A DNA stretch of 59,827 bases, filler included, from Streblomastix strix (lineage: Eukaryota): NCBI GenBank assembly GCA_008636045.1. It is 3 parts of 3 records of this genome, joined end to end, with 100 filler letters (N's around TTAATTAATTAA, not from the genome) between each part and the next. Parts side by side here need not be neighbours in the genome. Positions count along the whole stretch, not along the records: positions 19,991 to 39,859 come from SNRW01000476.1; 2 more parts are not named here. One strand, 5' to 3'. Position numbers and translations under genes: made by a program. The notes below the pieces were generated by a model that worked only from the letters and a program-made list of their open reading frames with translations, was not told where the DNA came from and searched no databases. Below are positions 25,071 through 38,000 of this stretch, in pieces. Position 1 is the stretch's first letter, and each line of letters begins with the position of its first letter.

Positions 25071-28000
25071 TCAATCAATTATATAATCTGTTGCTTTTAA
25101 CCTGAGAATATAAGGACAACAACTTTAATCACTTAGTACTATTGCCTTAGTATGTACTCCTGTTATGCCATTTTTTCCGTAGCTATTTTTGACATTTGGT
25201 AATTCTTTTAACCTAACCGCATATTCGTACATGTTGTAACCGTTCTATTTGTTACATTATCCATTATTTAGTCTTTAGTAATTTTATTAGTTGTTTAATT
25301 CACTCCTTTTAGTTTTATTTTTTCTTTATCACCAACTTTTATAAAGTAATTTTTAGGCGCTAAAGCAACCATTTCTGTTCCCTCTCTTTCTATCGCTAAT
25401 CCAAGGATCTTTTTTTCATCCAACAAATCACCTTTAACCGTTGGAAAAAAGTACTTGGCATATTCATCATAAAACTATTAATTTTTTATAACATGTTTAA
25501 ACTATTATTTATGGCCTGCATCCTCATCACCACTGACCGCCCAATATGCTGAATCAGTATTTCCTTCTACAAAATGCAACTTATCCATATCCATACACTT
25601 ATACATGAAATTGTAAATGAATTTTAGGTACCAATACTTTGCGTTATCTAATACAAAATAAGCAACTTGTAAAGAAGTTTTTCATGCACATATCTCTGGA
25701 TTCATTTATACGGCATAAACATCATCGCCAAGTTTCTAATCATCCATAAAAGTGTTAGATAAATGAGCTTAAAGTGCTTGCTTTTAACTCATTATTTTTA
25801 TCTTTGTATATTTCTCAGTATTCATACCATTACTTCCATACGAGCTATTCATATTGATTTTACAAAATTGTTCTAGTCCTTTTTGTCCTTCAATTTTTGC
25901 CTAAATTCTTTGGCTTGTAAATTCTTTCACAAAACCATTGAACTTTTCATGCTTATCAAACAAAACCAACTATTTAACATCATCTATTATAAAATATCAG
26001 TCATCAATTAAAAACCATAAATAATAACTTGAAAATGACATGTAGCCATCCATCATTGATAACAAATTTGTCAGTATCCGCTGTTTTTAATCTGTTTTTA
26101 TTTCGCTATCTTTCATATGCACGTACATGTATTTACCTATCGTTTCTTCATTAGTCATAAACTCATAATTCCTTAAAATTGGTGGGAAATTAATGTAATC
26201 GTTCAAATAATTCTCACCAATATGTCCCCTAATTTCTGCAATAAATAGTTGTCCCCATTTATTATATCTATTTTAGTTATTTATTATATTAATTATTTTT
26301 TGTTCATTTTCTTCGGAATTATTCAATATTTTACCAACAACAGATCCAGGCATATACATTTTGCTATCGGTATATTTAATGAAATTATGAGGTTCTGATG
26401 ACATAACACTTGGATATAAAGAGTTGAAATCTATACCTATTATATGTGCTATTCTATGGTCAGATGTTAAAACGGTTATTGTTTTTGTCTCTTTATTATA
26501 CCAAAATTTCTTTATAAAATCTTTCCCTGCAATATTAACCCGATGCATCACGTTAGACATGCCACCAGTTATGCTTTACCTGATTAGTTTATAAATATCA
26601 TTGTCTGTTAAATTTGTTGGTAAGTGGTTAAAGCTGCAAAATCTTCTTAGTTATATGAATAGTTTTTGGATATTTTTGTCTTTATTCGAGCAAAAGGTAT
26701 TACAATACAAACAACATGGTTGTACGTTGTCTTTTGAATGGCCCTTTTTATTATCGATTCTATCCAATGTTGGCTTATTATTATTTTGTGTGCATTCGTC
26801 GCCACAAATCGCACATTTGTTATCTTAAAATAGTTGTTTGAAATATTCAAAATCTGACTCTTAAACATTATTGGTGGTATTTCTTTTTTGTTGCAAATCT
26901 TACATTTTATAAAAATATGCTTTACTATTCCAAAATTTTTATTATAAAACAAATTTTGGTGATTTATCAATTTGCTTAGGGTAATGACCATTTACATTAA
27001 ACTCTTTATAAGCTAGTGCATATTTAGTTGCATTTGCACAAGCCGCCATTGACATAAAACTAAACATATCGATGTCAAACTTCATATACATTTGAATCAA
27101 AGTATCTATTGGTTCTATCATTATTTTAGTGTCTTGTTCATTATAATATTAAAGGTAATCCCATCTGTTTTTGAATAGCTTTGCATCTTAAACATATTAG
27201 TCATATTCTTTTTATTTCAATGATGTATTTTTCAGTGTAGAGTTGAATGTTTCGATTGGAAATGGATCTGACTAGTTTAAAATTTCTTTATTGTTATCAG
27301 TGTTTATAAATTCATAAGGAAATACGTCTTTTTAACTGTTGACTTCAGAATTAAAAGTTTATGCAAATTCTTTTAAAGTAATTGGTACGTAATAAGTCAG
27401 CACATCAATAAATTTAAGCTTGACGTCCAAGTGCTTATGCTAAACAATTATTTGCTTGGCTACTCCTGAACTACCAACATAACTCTTTATTTCCCAGTCA
27501 GCACATTATAAATTCCTGAATATTAGCGAAAAATCAAACTTTGAACTATTGAATCCAATTACTGGTACCTCCACAATATATTGCTTGTTTTTATCTATCG
27601 TACCAGCAGGAGTGTAATATTGATTATCTTACTATATGAATACTGCCTCATTGAACACCTGCTTTAACCATTGAGTGAAAAAATCATCTCCATTTCGTAA
27701 GTCGGAATATATTGTGTGAATACCTTGTTTATTATTAATAGTAGAAGCAACAGATAAAGGCACTAGTTCGGATATCTATTTGCTTGACTTTCCAAATTAT
27801 TTACTAACAATTTTTTCAACTGTTTCCAAGTCATATGTTATATAGTATTATGTCGGTTTAAACTCGTTTTATCTTCCATATGCCAAAAGGTATTAGTATG
27901 TTTTGTTTTATGTGATATGTGGGCAAAACAGTTTTTATATCTAATCTAATTAAATATTTTTAACAATTTTACTACCATTTTATTCACACTATTAAGTATG

Positions 28001-29632
28001 TTTTTCTTAGTCTCTTAGGAAGTGAGGGCTTTTAGGATCAAATTCTTTTGATTTGCAAAATGGACAAAATTTTAAGCCAGTTAATTCTTCTCTGTTAGCT
28101 ATAGCAAATGCGTGTTGCGCTAATTTTCCGCCAATTTCTTCCTGAACGATTAATATATCAACGGTTGGAATATCATTTTATTGTTCATTCGTCTCGTCTT
28201 GTAAGTCTTGTTCTTCATCAACATATTTAATTATATCACCCAAATAATAAACTTTGTGCTCATCGTCATAAAAGTTAAAATTCTAATTAATCATAAACTT
28301 TTGCGTTATAATTTAGGAGTATTTCATAAAGTCTAAACCTTCAAATGTTTTTAAAAATTCAGTCATTTATCTACTTTTTGCATCGAATGGTAGATCTAAT
28401 ACCTTAACAAGATACTAACGGCAAATGCTTATAATCAAATTTGATTTAATCAGTTTTTCTTTTTCATCATGATTTAATGCTCTGGCTAGTGCTTCCATAT
28501 GGCACATATTATTTTCTCCATTATTTTTATATAAAACTTTCTTGTGTCCATCCTAGTGTTTTTTAAATCAATTCTTTGATACTTGACCCCACCACTACCT
28601 TTTACAATTTAAATATTTTAATCATCATCAAATAAATTGCTATATGATGTTCTTTTGTACTATCCAAATTATAATTTTAAATATTAATAATCTCCGCCTT
28701 TATATATTGTTTATATTCATCTATATCGTCATGTGTTTATATATTCTTTGGTGTATGTGCTTAGGTTCTTGCTTCTCGTGGCAATAAATGTTTATAACTT
28801 ACGATTTCATAACCATTTTTATCATGGTATAACTCTTCGACTATAATACCAAAATTGATTAGTATTTTAAATGCTCTATGATCTTATTTGTTATAAATTG
28901 AATCGACAAATTCCTCTATTTTATCCCAAGAATCTATGTAATTTTCATAATATATAGGACTTATGCCATCGTCTGATGTGGTTTCTCTTTCACGTTAAAA
29001 CCCAGACTTTGCACGTCGAACCTCAGAAGCAAATTTTTCGTTATCAATTGGTGGAAATAATTACAATGTTTCTGTCTCATTTTCAATTTAAATGATGTTG
29101 TCATCTGCATTTTTTCTAATTTTATCGTGTATTTTTTTGTTCAATTATTAACTTGTAAAATATAATGGAAGAATAAAATGCTCTTATATTTCTTTAAAAT
29201 CCTCCGGTTTTGTAAATTTCTTTGACTCTTATAATAGCATCAAATCATGTCCTTCATTCATTATTCGTTTTGCATCTTCAGCTTGTTATCTTTGATAATC
29301 AGTCCAAAATATATCGGCTTCGTATTATTCTTATTCTCTTCTATATTTTTATAAATCTTATTCAAATTAGTCATTTCTATCAACCGTTTTTTAATTTAAT
29401 AACGTTATAATCTAGGTTATTATAATCTTAATTCATATTCGTTTCTGCTGACTACATGTTCTTAGATAAATGAGCTGAGTTTGTTATAATTATTTTTTCC
29501 TTCATTATAATGTCGAAAAGATAAATAATTATTCAATTTTTATCTTAATTGTGGAACCTTTAGGTTTTCATCAAAATTAGGCTAATAAATTTTTATTAAT
29601 TACATAAATTATTATTTGCGGAGTGGGGCCAT
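25071..29632 (-). pseudogene. pPolB: Protein-primed family B DNA polymerase, disrupted
   Basis: Exonuclease motifs TYDLETV, IGFNSSKFDF, KFID, YYNEQD. Polymerase motifs ITGG, GIDFNSLYPS, KINMNSSYG, EGNTDS (D>N), LAPKNY. TGAs at 25682 and 25997; frameshift near 29390. Confidence 0.92.
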
Positions 29633-29686
29633 TTATTTAAAATTAAAATGTGTAAAAATAATTTTGGAAAGAGAAAAAAATATGAC

Positions 29687-30037
29687 TCAAAAGTCTTAAG
29701 ACATTTTTTGCTAAAAAAAAGTTATTTAATGTTTTTCAATAAAATTATCAAACTCCTGCTATAATTATGGATACGCATTATATAAAATGTTTATTGTTTC
29801 CAGGTTGTTTTCCATCATTTTTGTATAATGTTTTATTTGTTCTTTTGCATTATTCACCACTTAATTAATTGTATAATTAATGGTATGTAAATTAACTCCT
29901 ATTTTTCCTTCACAATATTTAATATAATTTGATGGATTTTATTATTGCCTTTCAAACCTTTTTATGTCCTATAATGCTGTGCTATAATATAATACTGATA
30001 ATTCAAATGTCGTCAAAACTTTATTTAATTTATCCAT
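29687..30037 (-). CDS. Element B hypothetical protein (116 aa)
   Basis: Open with TAR=Gln: MDKLNKVLTTFELSVLYYSTAL...; TAAATG start. Confidence 0.55.
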
Positions 30038-30053
30038 TTATTTAAAATTAAAT

Positions 30054-31524
30054 TCACTAATACTGTATTTCTAGTAGTAAATTATTGTATATATCCATAA
30101 ACTGCATAGGTATTTTTCTGCCAAAATTGTCGTATAAAGTGAATACCAAAGACTTATTTTAACCTATGAAACACTATTAAAACATCATATTTTACCCCCA
30201 TAATACTGGCGCATCAATCAAGTTTTATTTAAAGCGCACGTTTGAAAACCCATTGCCACCAATTGACTATAAAGTAATGCCTTATAGCTAGTTTGACACA
30301 TTAATTATTAACATCTGCGGATATTCAAGAAAATTACCAATATATGGGCAAAAAATTGGTAAATCAGTTTCTATACTTTAATTATCAAATTTTGTTTAGT
30401 AGAACCATATATCTAGGTCAATTTATTTAATAGCAGATGATAAATTTATTACTTGATTAGCCCCATTTTCATTAAGTTACTAATATATAAGTCTTAAGCA
30501 CCAGCCAGTTATACATACAAATTAGGCGATAAAATTATTCTATTAGCAAACCAATAAGTGTGTAATGTCTTGACGTAATCGCTTATAATCTCTGGGATAA
30601 ACTAGCCAAAAAACTAACTCTACCAAATAAATTATAAATTATTTTCCAATCAGTTATACATAATGCTGGTAAGGAACAAATTAATCTTACTGGAAAAGTA
30701 TTTATATTTTTAATAATTTACTGCATTATTTGTTGCTATACATTAATGGGTTATACATCTGATGACGTAAATGTTCCATTAAGGTTTATATCTACTTATT
30801 TGCTAAATAAATATCTAACTGCTAGACCATTTTATGCTCCAAATTGCTTTGGTTCTATAGATGTTATGTAGTTATTTGTTGTAGGACAATATAATCGAAT
30901 TAACCCCATAACTCGATATGCTACATTTGCAATTGTGTCTAATATCCAGTAGTGATATAAAAATGCATCAATCCTTAAATTTATGTAATTAATTGCTGAG
31001 CTAACAATATCCTACCCATAATTTGTATTTAACTAGTAAGCGCTATTTTATAGTTTCTATGTGTGCTAATTCATTCCATTATTAAAGCATATTGCTCCAC
31101 TATTCAACGTTATTTATGTACTAAAATGCTTCTACATTGTATCAACAAAGCTTTATATATTGACTAATGGTAAAGCTAATACTGTAGGCATATATTTATA
31201 TCCTTATGCCATTTAGTCGCTTGTAAAACAGTTATCAATGGCTGTATTCATGTTTAATCTTATAGGAGGTAATTTGTCAATAAGCTATAGCTTAAAAGTA
31301 TCATTTGATATATTTGTTTGTTAGTATATTTTCATCATATCTGAAGATACAATATTATGCTATATTTCGATATAATCACTATTTAAAAAAAACGTTAAAT
31401 TAATTAGTATATTATTAATGCTATTAACTTGAAATCTTTAGCAACCACTTGGAATTGTTGTGTCCCACTGTATAAAATCCTTACCAGAGTCAGAGCTTGT
31501 AATTTGCAAACCTATACCACTCAT
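30054..31524 (-). pseudogene. Putative minor capsid (penton) protein with large insertion; frameshift near 31390
   Basis: N-terminal LQITSSD...TTIP..FQVNSINNILINLTF and C-terminal SLVFTLYDNFGRKIPMQF...LLLEI resemble the terminal strands of Polinton/PLV single jelly-roll pentons. Pattern-level call only. Confidence 0.55.
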
Positions 31525-31957
31525 TTTATTATCAAAAAATAATTTCAAGCCAAATATTCAAACAGCTTCATAACAGTATTTTGGCTATTTTCTTATGCTA
31601 TATCTACTATTTTTTTTAACTAGTCCATTTTCAAACGTTTATTAAATTATCTTAATAAAAAACGTAGTTCTATTTCTGGTGGTGCCTTTGTTGCTACAGA
31701 TATTAATGAATTTAGAAACTTAGCATAGACCATATATTCATCACAGGTTATTTTCAATATCTTACGGGGATGCGTTAATTATGCCATATTTAATAAAAAT
31801 AAAACAAACAAATCAATTATTTTTAAAGGTTGAAAATTAAGAAATAATGAGCAAGAAACTTGAAATTATAATGATTATTTCACAAAATATATGTTGTTAT
31901 GCCATTTGTTTGTTATTAAAAATATTAATCAGAATACATAATTTTAAACAAAATAAA

Positions 31958-33010
31958 ATGCCTGCAAAGAGAGTTGCACCAGTTAAAAAAGCAAAACTTA
32001 AAACACGTGTAAGCGAATTTATTGAATCAAAAAAGCCGTATATACATAAGGGTTAATAAGTTTAGCCACGAAATGTTAGTAAAATACCCTATATATTAGA
32101 TGAGTTAAAACTATCGGAGGCTGTTAAAAAACTAGGTCCAGGTAGTAGTAAGTAGCGATAGAATTATATAAAATAAGTAAGATAGTATGACCCTAATATT
32201 ACCCATGGAGAGGTTGACGCAGCATTTGAAGGTATGAAAGGTGCAACAAGAAGATAAAGACATTTTGGTGGTATTGACCCCAATGATTTGATATAATATT
32301 ATAGGTAATTAGATGAACATATCCGTGGTGTTCATGATTCGTAATAAGGTGTTTATAGAAACGCAGCTATGAGTGATTAGTCCCTAGGTATAAATGCTAG
32401 AGCAAATGAACTGGCAAATGATATAGGAATCCATGCGCTTCCTTAACCGTCATTACGTGCAACAGCACCTCCAAAAGACATTAATAAAGAAGATTATTTG
32501 ATGTAGTATATGTTTGGGTGTCACTAAGAAAAGGAAATGGAAAAGGAAAAAGACAATATTTATTAAAATCAAGATCTTGATAATACAGCAGATGCTTTTG
32601 AATACTAACTATAAAATTTTACTGATTAATCACAGCAAATAAGTCCAATAAATGAGTAGCAACAATATTAGAGAGAAAAATAAGTTGAAGGATAAATTTT
32701 ATAGTAAGATAACGCACAAACACAAAAGAGTGTAGAATATTTTACAATCGGATTAAATTGGGGATCTGCCCTTGTAAATCAGTATTATAGCAAAACACCA
32801 TATGCTACAAAAAAGGTTGGATATTACATGAATGAAGGGGGCCAATTATATTTACAAACAAAGAAGGATTTGATACGGAAAGAAGACAGAATGAATAAGT
32901 AACCTAAACATAATAATTATATACCAACAAGCTAGTTATAAAAGTCTTTAGAAGTATAAAAATAATTAAAGAATAAGTATGGCAAAAATAAGAAAAAGTC
33001 GTCAAAATGA
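31958..33010 (+). CDS. Element B protein with basic N- and C-termini (350 aa), possible core/DNA-binding protein
   Basis: Intact frame MPAKRVAPVKKAKLKTR...KYGKNKKKSSK*. Confidence 0.7.
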
Positions 33011-33035
33011 CGGCATTTTTTGATAAAAAAAGAAA

Positions 33036-33353
33036 TCATGACAAAGGCATTTGTGGTGCTTCATTTTTCAATAAATCGTTAGCTTTTATAATATTATTTT
33101 GTTTTATTTTCTTTTGTATCATATCGTTTATTTTTATAACATCTTCGTTATCTAATATTATTTTACCTAATAATTTTATTACTTATATTTGTAGAGTAGA
33201 AGCTTATAGGTTAAACTTTTTTAACTCCTCGCTTTTTCTAGCTTTATATTCTTTGCGTTATTATCTTGCTATATTTTTTGCTTAATCTTCTGTTTAATAT
33301 TTTTTAGGTCTTCCAGCTTTTAAAGAATGTTTTACAATTTTTATATCTTCCAT
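33036..33353 (-). CDS. Small basic protein with AT-hook-like GRPKKY motif (105 aa)
   Basis: MEDIKIVKHSLKAGRPKKYQTEDQAKNIARQQRKEYKARK... Confidence 0.65.
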
Positions 33354-33376
33354 TTAATATACTAATAAAATATAAA

Positions 33377-34435
33377 TCAAAATAAATTAAACGTTCTTTT
33401 GTATTTTTCAGGTAATACATCAATATTGTCAGCAACTTTATGGGTATAATATACTGGAACTTCAACTGTTTTTATATCTTTATAAGGTTTTAGCAACTCA
33501 CATATAACATTGCCATGCTCATATTTTATAAATGTTGCTATCTCATTAAGTTACCTTCTTTTCTTTTAAAATCCATGAGGTGTTTTTGATAGGTCCAAAT
33601 GTTTCACTATTATATTTCCTTTTATTAAATCTAGCTGTTTATTTTTGTTTTATAAGTCCTTTATATTTTTTAACTACTCCATTTTCTTATGTATAAATAT
33701 ACCTTCAAAATCTTCATTATCATTAACTTATGAAGCTGTAAAAGATTATTTTTAAAGCTTTAAAGCATTATGTTTTGTGTTGTTATATTCGTCAACTACT
33801 TACTATATTTATTTGTTATTAGCCATTAGCTAAGGGTCATTTTCAAATGCGTTTCTTACTGTTCTTACTACTGAATCAACAACCCGATTTTTATTTATGA
33901 AAGGTGAAGAATTAAAAAAATATTTTATATCATTTTCTTTTAAAAACTCCTTGATTTATTTGCTACCTAATGCTGCTTCACCATCAGATCGTATGCTATT
34001 AACATTTTAGTCTTTGATAAGCTACTTTATTCATCTTAATAGTTCGTTTGCTGTTTTATCCTTTAAAGGAAATACAACTAAAAATTTGGTATTAATATTA
34101 ATGTAAAACAAATATTACTACATAATTTTATTTATAGTTTGGTGCATTAAAAAAATTATATCAATTTCCCAGCTCCCAAGCTCTGGCGAAAAATATGGCC
34201 TTTAGAATTTTTTTAACGGCTTTATTTTTATGTCTTATACTACATCATTTTTGTTTTAAATTTTACTACAAAATATATTTACCTTTCGATAAGGTTATTA
34301 TTCTTATTTTGGCTTTGCTTATGGTTTTGTTGTTTGTTTTATTCTTTCGGCGTGGTATTTCGTGAAATTATCCAAGTAAATTTTATACCATTATGATATA
34401 GTTTTATTTTCAAATAATTCTTACATATTATTCAT
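33377..34435 (-). pseudogene. Retroviral-like (rve) integrase of element B
   Basis: SWEIDIIF, YLFYININTKFLVVFPLKDK, IRSDGEAAL, NRVVDSVVRTVR, EYNNTKHNAL; in-frame TGA at 34031. Confidence 0.85.
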
Positions 34436-34599
34436 ACTAAATTGTTTTTTAAAATGAAAATTTAAATTCCTTATAAAATCCTGTAGTTTTATTTTATCGA
34501 CATTGAAAGCCTTATAGTCAATAAATTTTAATATTTATTTTTACATTTAATATATATTAAATTATTTTATCCCAATTATATAAGCCATTCATCAAGAAA

Positions 34600-35067
34600 A
34601 AAAATTTTGGCGGATTGGCGCGGCTCGACTGGCTTTTTTTTATGACAATTTTTTACCTGGTGCACTCGATGCACTCGGTGCGGTCATTCATTATTTTAAT
34701 TATACTATATAAGAGTGTTGACATTCATTATTTATTATAATTTATGACATTTTTTAAACTAACGGGTTAAGGGAACCGAAACAAAAATACGTTAGCCAGC
34801 TGTTGGAAAAGTGTTATAAATTATAAGGACAAAAGCCTAAAAAAATAGCTTCAAAAGGTATTAGAATTAATAAAAAACCACGCAAGTTCTTTTTTTTGAT
34901 TGATGGTTTAACAAATGCAATAATATTTTCAAACAAAGGCGTTAGCCAGCAGTGAGAAAATTTTATAAATTTGATGGCCAAAAATCTTAAAATATAAAGG
35001 AGTGGAGATTTTTTATAAAACTGAACACTTTTTGAAGTAGGTGCATAAATCACCATTATATACTACT
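34600..35067. repeat. Putative right terminal inverted repeat region of element B
   Basis: Non-coding; internal repeats CGTTAGCCAGC (34790, 34940) and TGCACTCG x2; ends TATATACTACT. The partner TIR is not in the contig. Confidence 0.6.
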
Positions 35068-38000
35068 TATGATATCAGAAGTTTGTTGAGCATCATCAGC
35101 ACTTATTGATGTTGATTTCGAAAAATATGTCTAAAGTGTAGTAAGAGGACTTGAATTTTGTGGATAATAGTTTTTAGATGGAATTATTAAAGGATCTGCA
35201 TTTGAAGTTATATTTTGTAAATTAGTTCTGATTGATATTAAAATTGAAAGATTTGTTATTTTGAAGAATGAGAAATAAAAGAAGTCAGAAAATAATAAAT
35301 TCTTATTAATGAAAAATTTAATTCATATTGGAGAGAAATCTAAAGTTGTGAGATTAGAGAAATGTTTGATCTCGAATATCGGAATAGAAGACAAAAGAAG
35401 TGCAATTCTGATGAATGGAGGATTAAACTCAAAATTAGAATTAATGAATGGCGATATTCTTGAAGCTATATTTACATCTTTAGGAAGTATTATCCATGTA
35501 AATGAATATGAGTACAGCTGTATTCAAGCAGAATTAGTTGTATTCAAAGAATGTGTATTTGTTATAAGCATGAATGGAAAATAATGAGCTATTTATATGT
35601 ATATGACATAATTCGAAGAGATATTTATATTTATAAGATGTTTGTTTGTTAATAATGAAGCATATTCATATACAAACTTCTATATCGCATATAGAAATCA
35701 ATAATAAAGATTAAGTCAGGAATCTTTGATTGGCTGTAGAGCAGTTACTGGAATTACTGATGAACAAGGCATCAGCTTCGAGATTATGAATGAAACTGAT
35801 CAATATATTAATGAATGAGATTTACTTCATAGTTCTTGGTAGAAATAGAAAAGTGAAAATGTAGATCATTTCATTGCACATTTCTGATGCAACACATCCA
35901 TTCAATTCTAAGATGAAATGTTTAAGTGTATCAAATCCATTAGATAGTTTCAGTTCAGTTATTCATTATGTTGAGAAAGAAAGACCAAATAGTGATGGAT
36001 CAAGTGGTCGTGTAGAAATACTTTGTTTTCTGGAATTATAATTATTTGAATGTTCAGTAATGATTCTATCACAAACTGATAGTGATACTATAAACATCGT
36101 AGGATGTGGAATGAATGAAACAGAAATGTGTGTTGGACTAAGTTTGAGTAATGTTATGATCTAAGGAGGTAAAGGTGATTTTGTGATTATTTGGAGATTG
36201 AATGTGTGAATGCAAGAAATATGAGGACTTGTTGGGTTTATTGATGTGAAATGAAGAAATGGATTTGTTGTAATATTGAGATGTGAAAGATGGATTTGGA
36301 GGTCGTTATGTCTATTCACTGAACACTTCACTGTCAGCACCTTACTTATTCAGTTATTGTTGGATATTCTGTTGTATAGAATGTATTTAAATCGGATGTA
36401 TACTTGAGAAGTTGAAGAATTATATGAGTTTGAATATCTTGGAAGAACTGAAGGTAAGAAAGAGATAAAATTGCATTGAATGACTACTTCTATAATATAT
36501 GAAAGCTTATTTGTAGATATAATAACAAATGAATCATCGATTATTCTTATGCATGATTCATTGCAACCATCAAATATAAGCTCAATCAATTAATAAAGTA
36601 ATCAATAATTATAATAATAAAGTATTAATTAATAAAGCAACACACTCTCAATAGATGTTAAATCATCCATCTACACAATTGAGGATGTTTTCTTGTCTGG
36701 ATGTGTTAGATGATTAGAAACAAGTGATTAGAATGAGAGATGTGGAGTGATTCATTTACAGAGTGAAGGATTGAAGATGTTGATTAGTAAGATTGTATTT
36801 GAGAGATGTATAGTTGATTATTAAGAAATATGATATATTATAGATGGAAGGGTAATGATGAAACAATTTGTGAAGATAAGTGTTGAATATTGCTAAGTCG
36901 GTAATAGAATATTGCACAACTGCTATTCTTTTAATGAAGATTTTTCTAAAGAGACTTAAGATACACCAATTTGGGAATAATATAGTGAAATATAAGAATC
37001 TAAGAAGATTAATCATATAATTAAAGTTTCTAATTAATTATATTCAGATGGGAAGACTGTGTATGATGAAGCAAGCAAACTTGGACTTATGTATGTAGAA
37101 AGTCTAAATAAAGGAGATAATTAAGGAATAAGTCCTGTTCACGTTGAAGTTTTAGGAATATTTGTGATTGGATGTCACAGTGCAGTTGGATCTGGAATAT
37201 CAATCACGAAGCTTTTGATGGAACTTACTGATTCTGTGTTCATTGAGCCAAGTTGCTATAGTAATATGATATATCTTAAAATGACACTTGGTACAATTGA
37301 GGATTGTATTTTCTCAGGTCGAAATGGCACATACCAAGATTTTAATCTGTTGAATGTATTTGAATAAGTAGAAGAAGAAGGAAAAGATATGTATCCTAAC
37401 AATGCATAATATTATTCATCTAGATGATTTGGAGTATTGTATATAAGTGAAGGAGATTATAGTATTAACAGTGTTATTTTAAATGAGACTAAAGTATTTG
37501 GTGTGAGAGTAGACAAAGGAACAGCTTTGTTGAATAAGATTAATTTTATAGAAGCAAAGATTTCGGAATATTGATTATTATCATGGATCATTACTATTGG
37601 TGCAATGCAGAGGTAATTCTTATATAAAGATTAAAGAAACGATAGTTAATGGAAAAGGCGAAGATGATTACAGTAAATATCGGTTAATTCGACTATCGCT
37701 TAATTCGACTTATCGGTTAATTCGACGAAAATATTTTTTAAAAATTTGTGAAATTTTTAAAAAAATTCGAAAATTATCCTTAATTTTTTTTAAAAATTAT
37801 TAGAAAATTACAAAAATCGTCGAATTATACTTAATTCGACGATACGTTTTTTTGGCTCATGCATCGTCGAATTAACCGATATTTTCTGTATATACATTTT
37901 AGTAATACTTTGAATCAAAAGAAAAAGAAAAAAAAAGGAAAATGATTCTTCAAATGAATTTAAGTTTTGTATTGTTCAGGATGGGGAATGTGAAATCTTT

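Larger units (their letters stand above)
19991..35067. mobile_element. Polinton/Maverick-like endogenous virus, element B (left part missing)
   Basis: pPolB, rve integrase, packaging ATPase, penton-like and fibre genes; right end TATATACTACT (reverse complement AGTAGTATATA), the typical Polinton terminus, followed abruptly by host-type sequence. Confidence 0.92.

Noticed and set aside
10452..35067. One continuous giant virus/Polinton spanning the first gap
   Set aside because: Duplicate divergent ATPase and fibre genes and an artificial linker show two separate elements.
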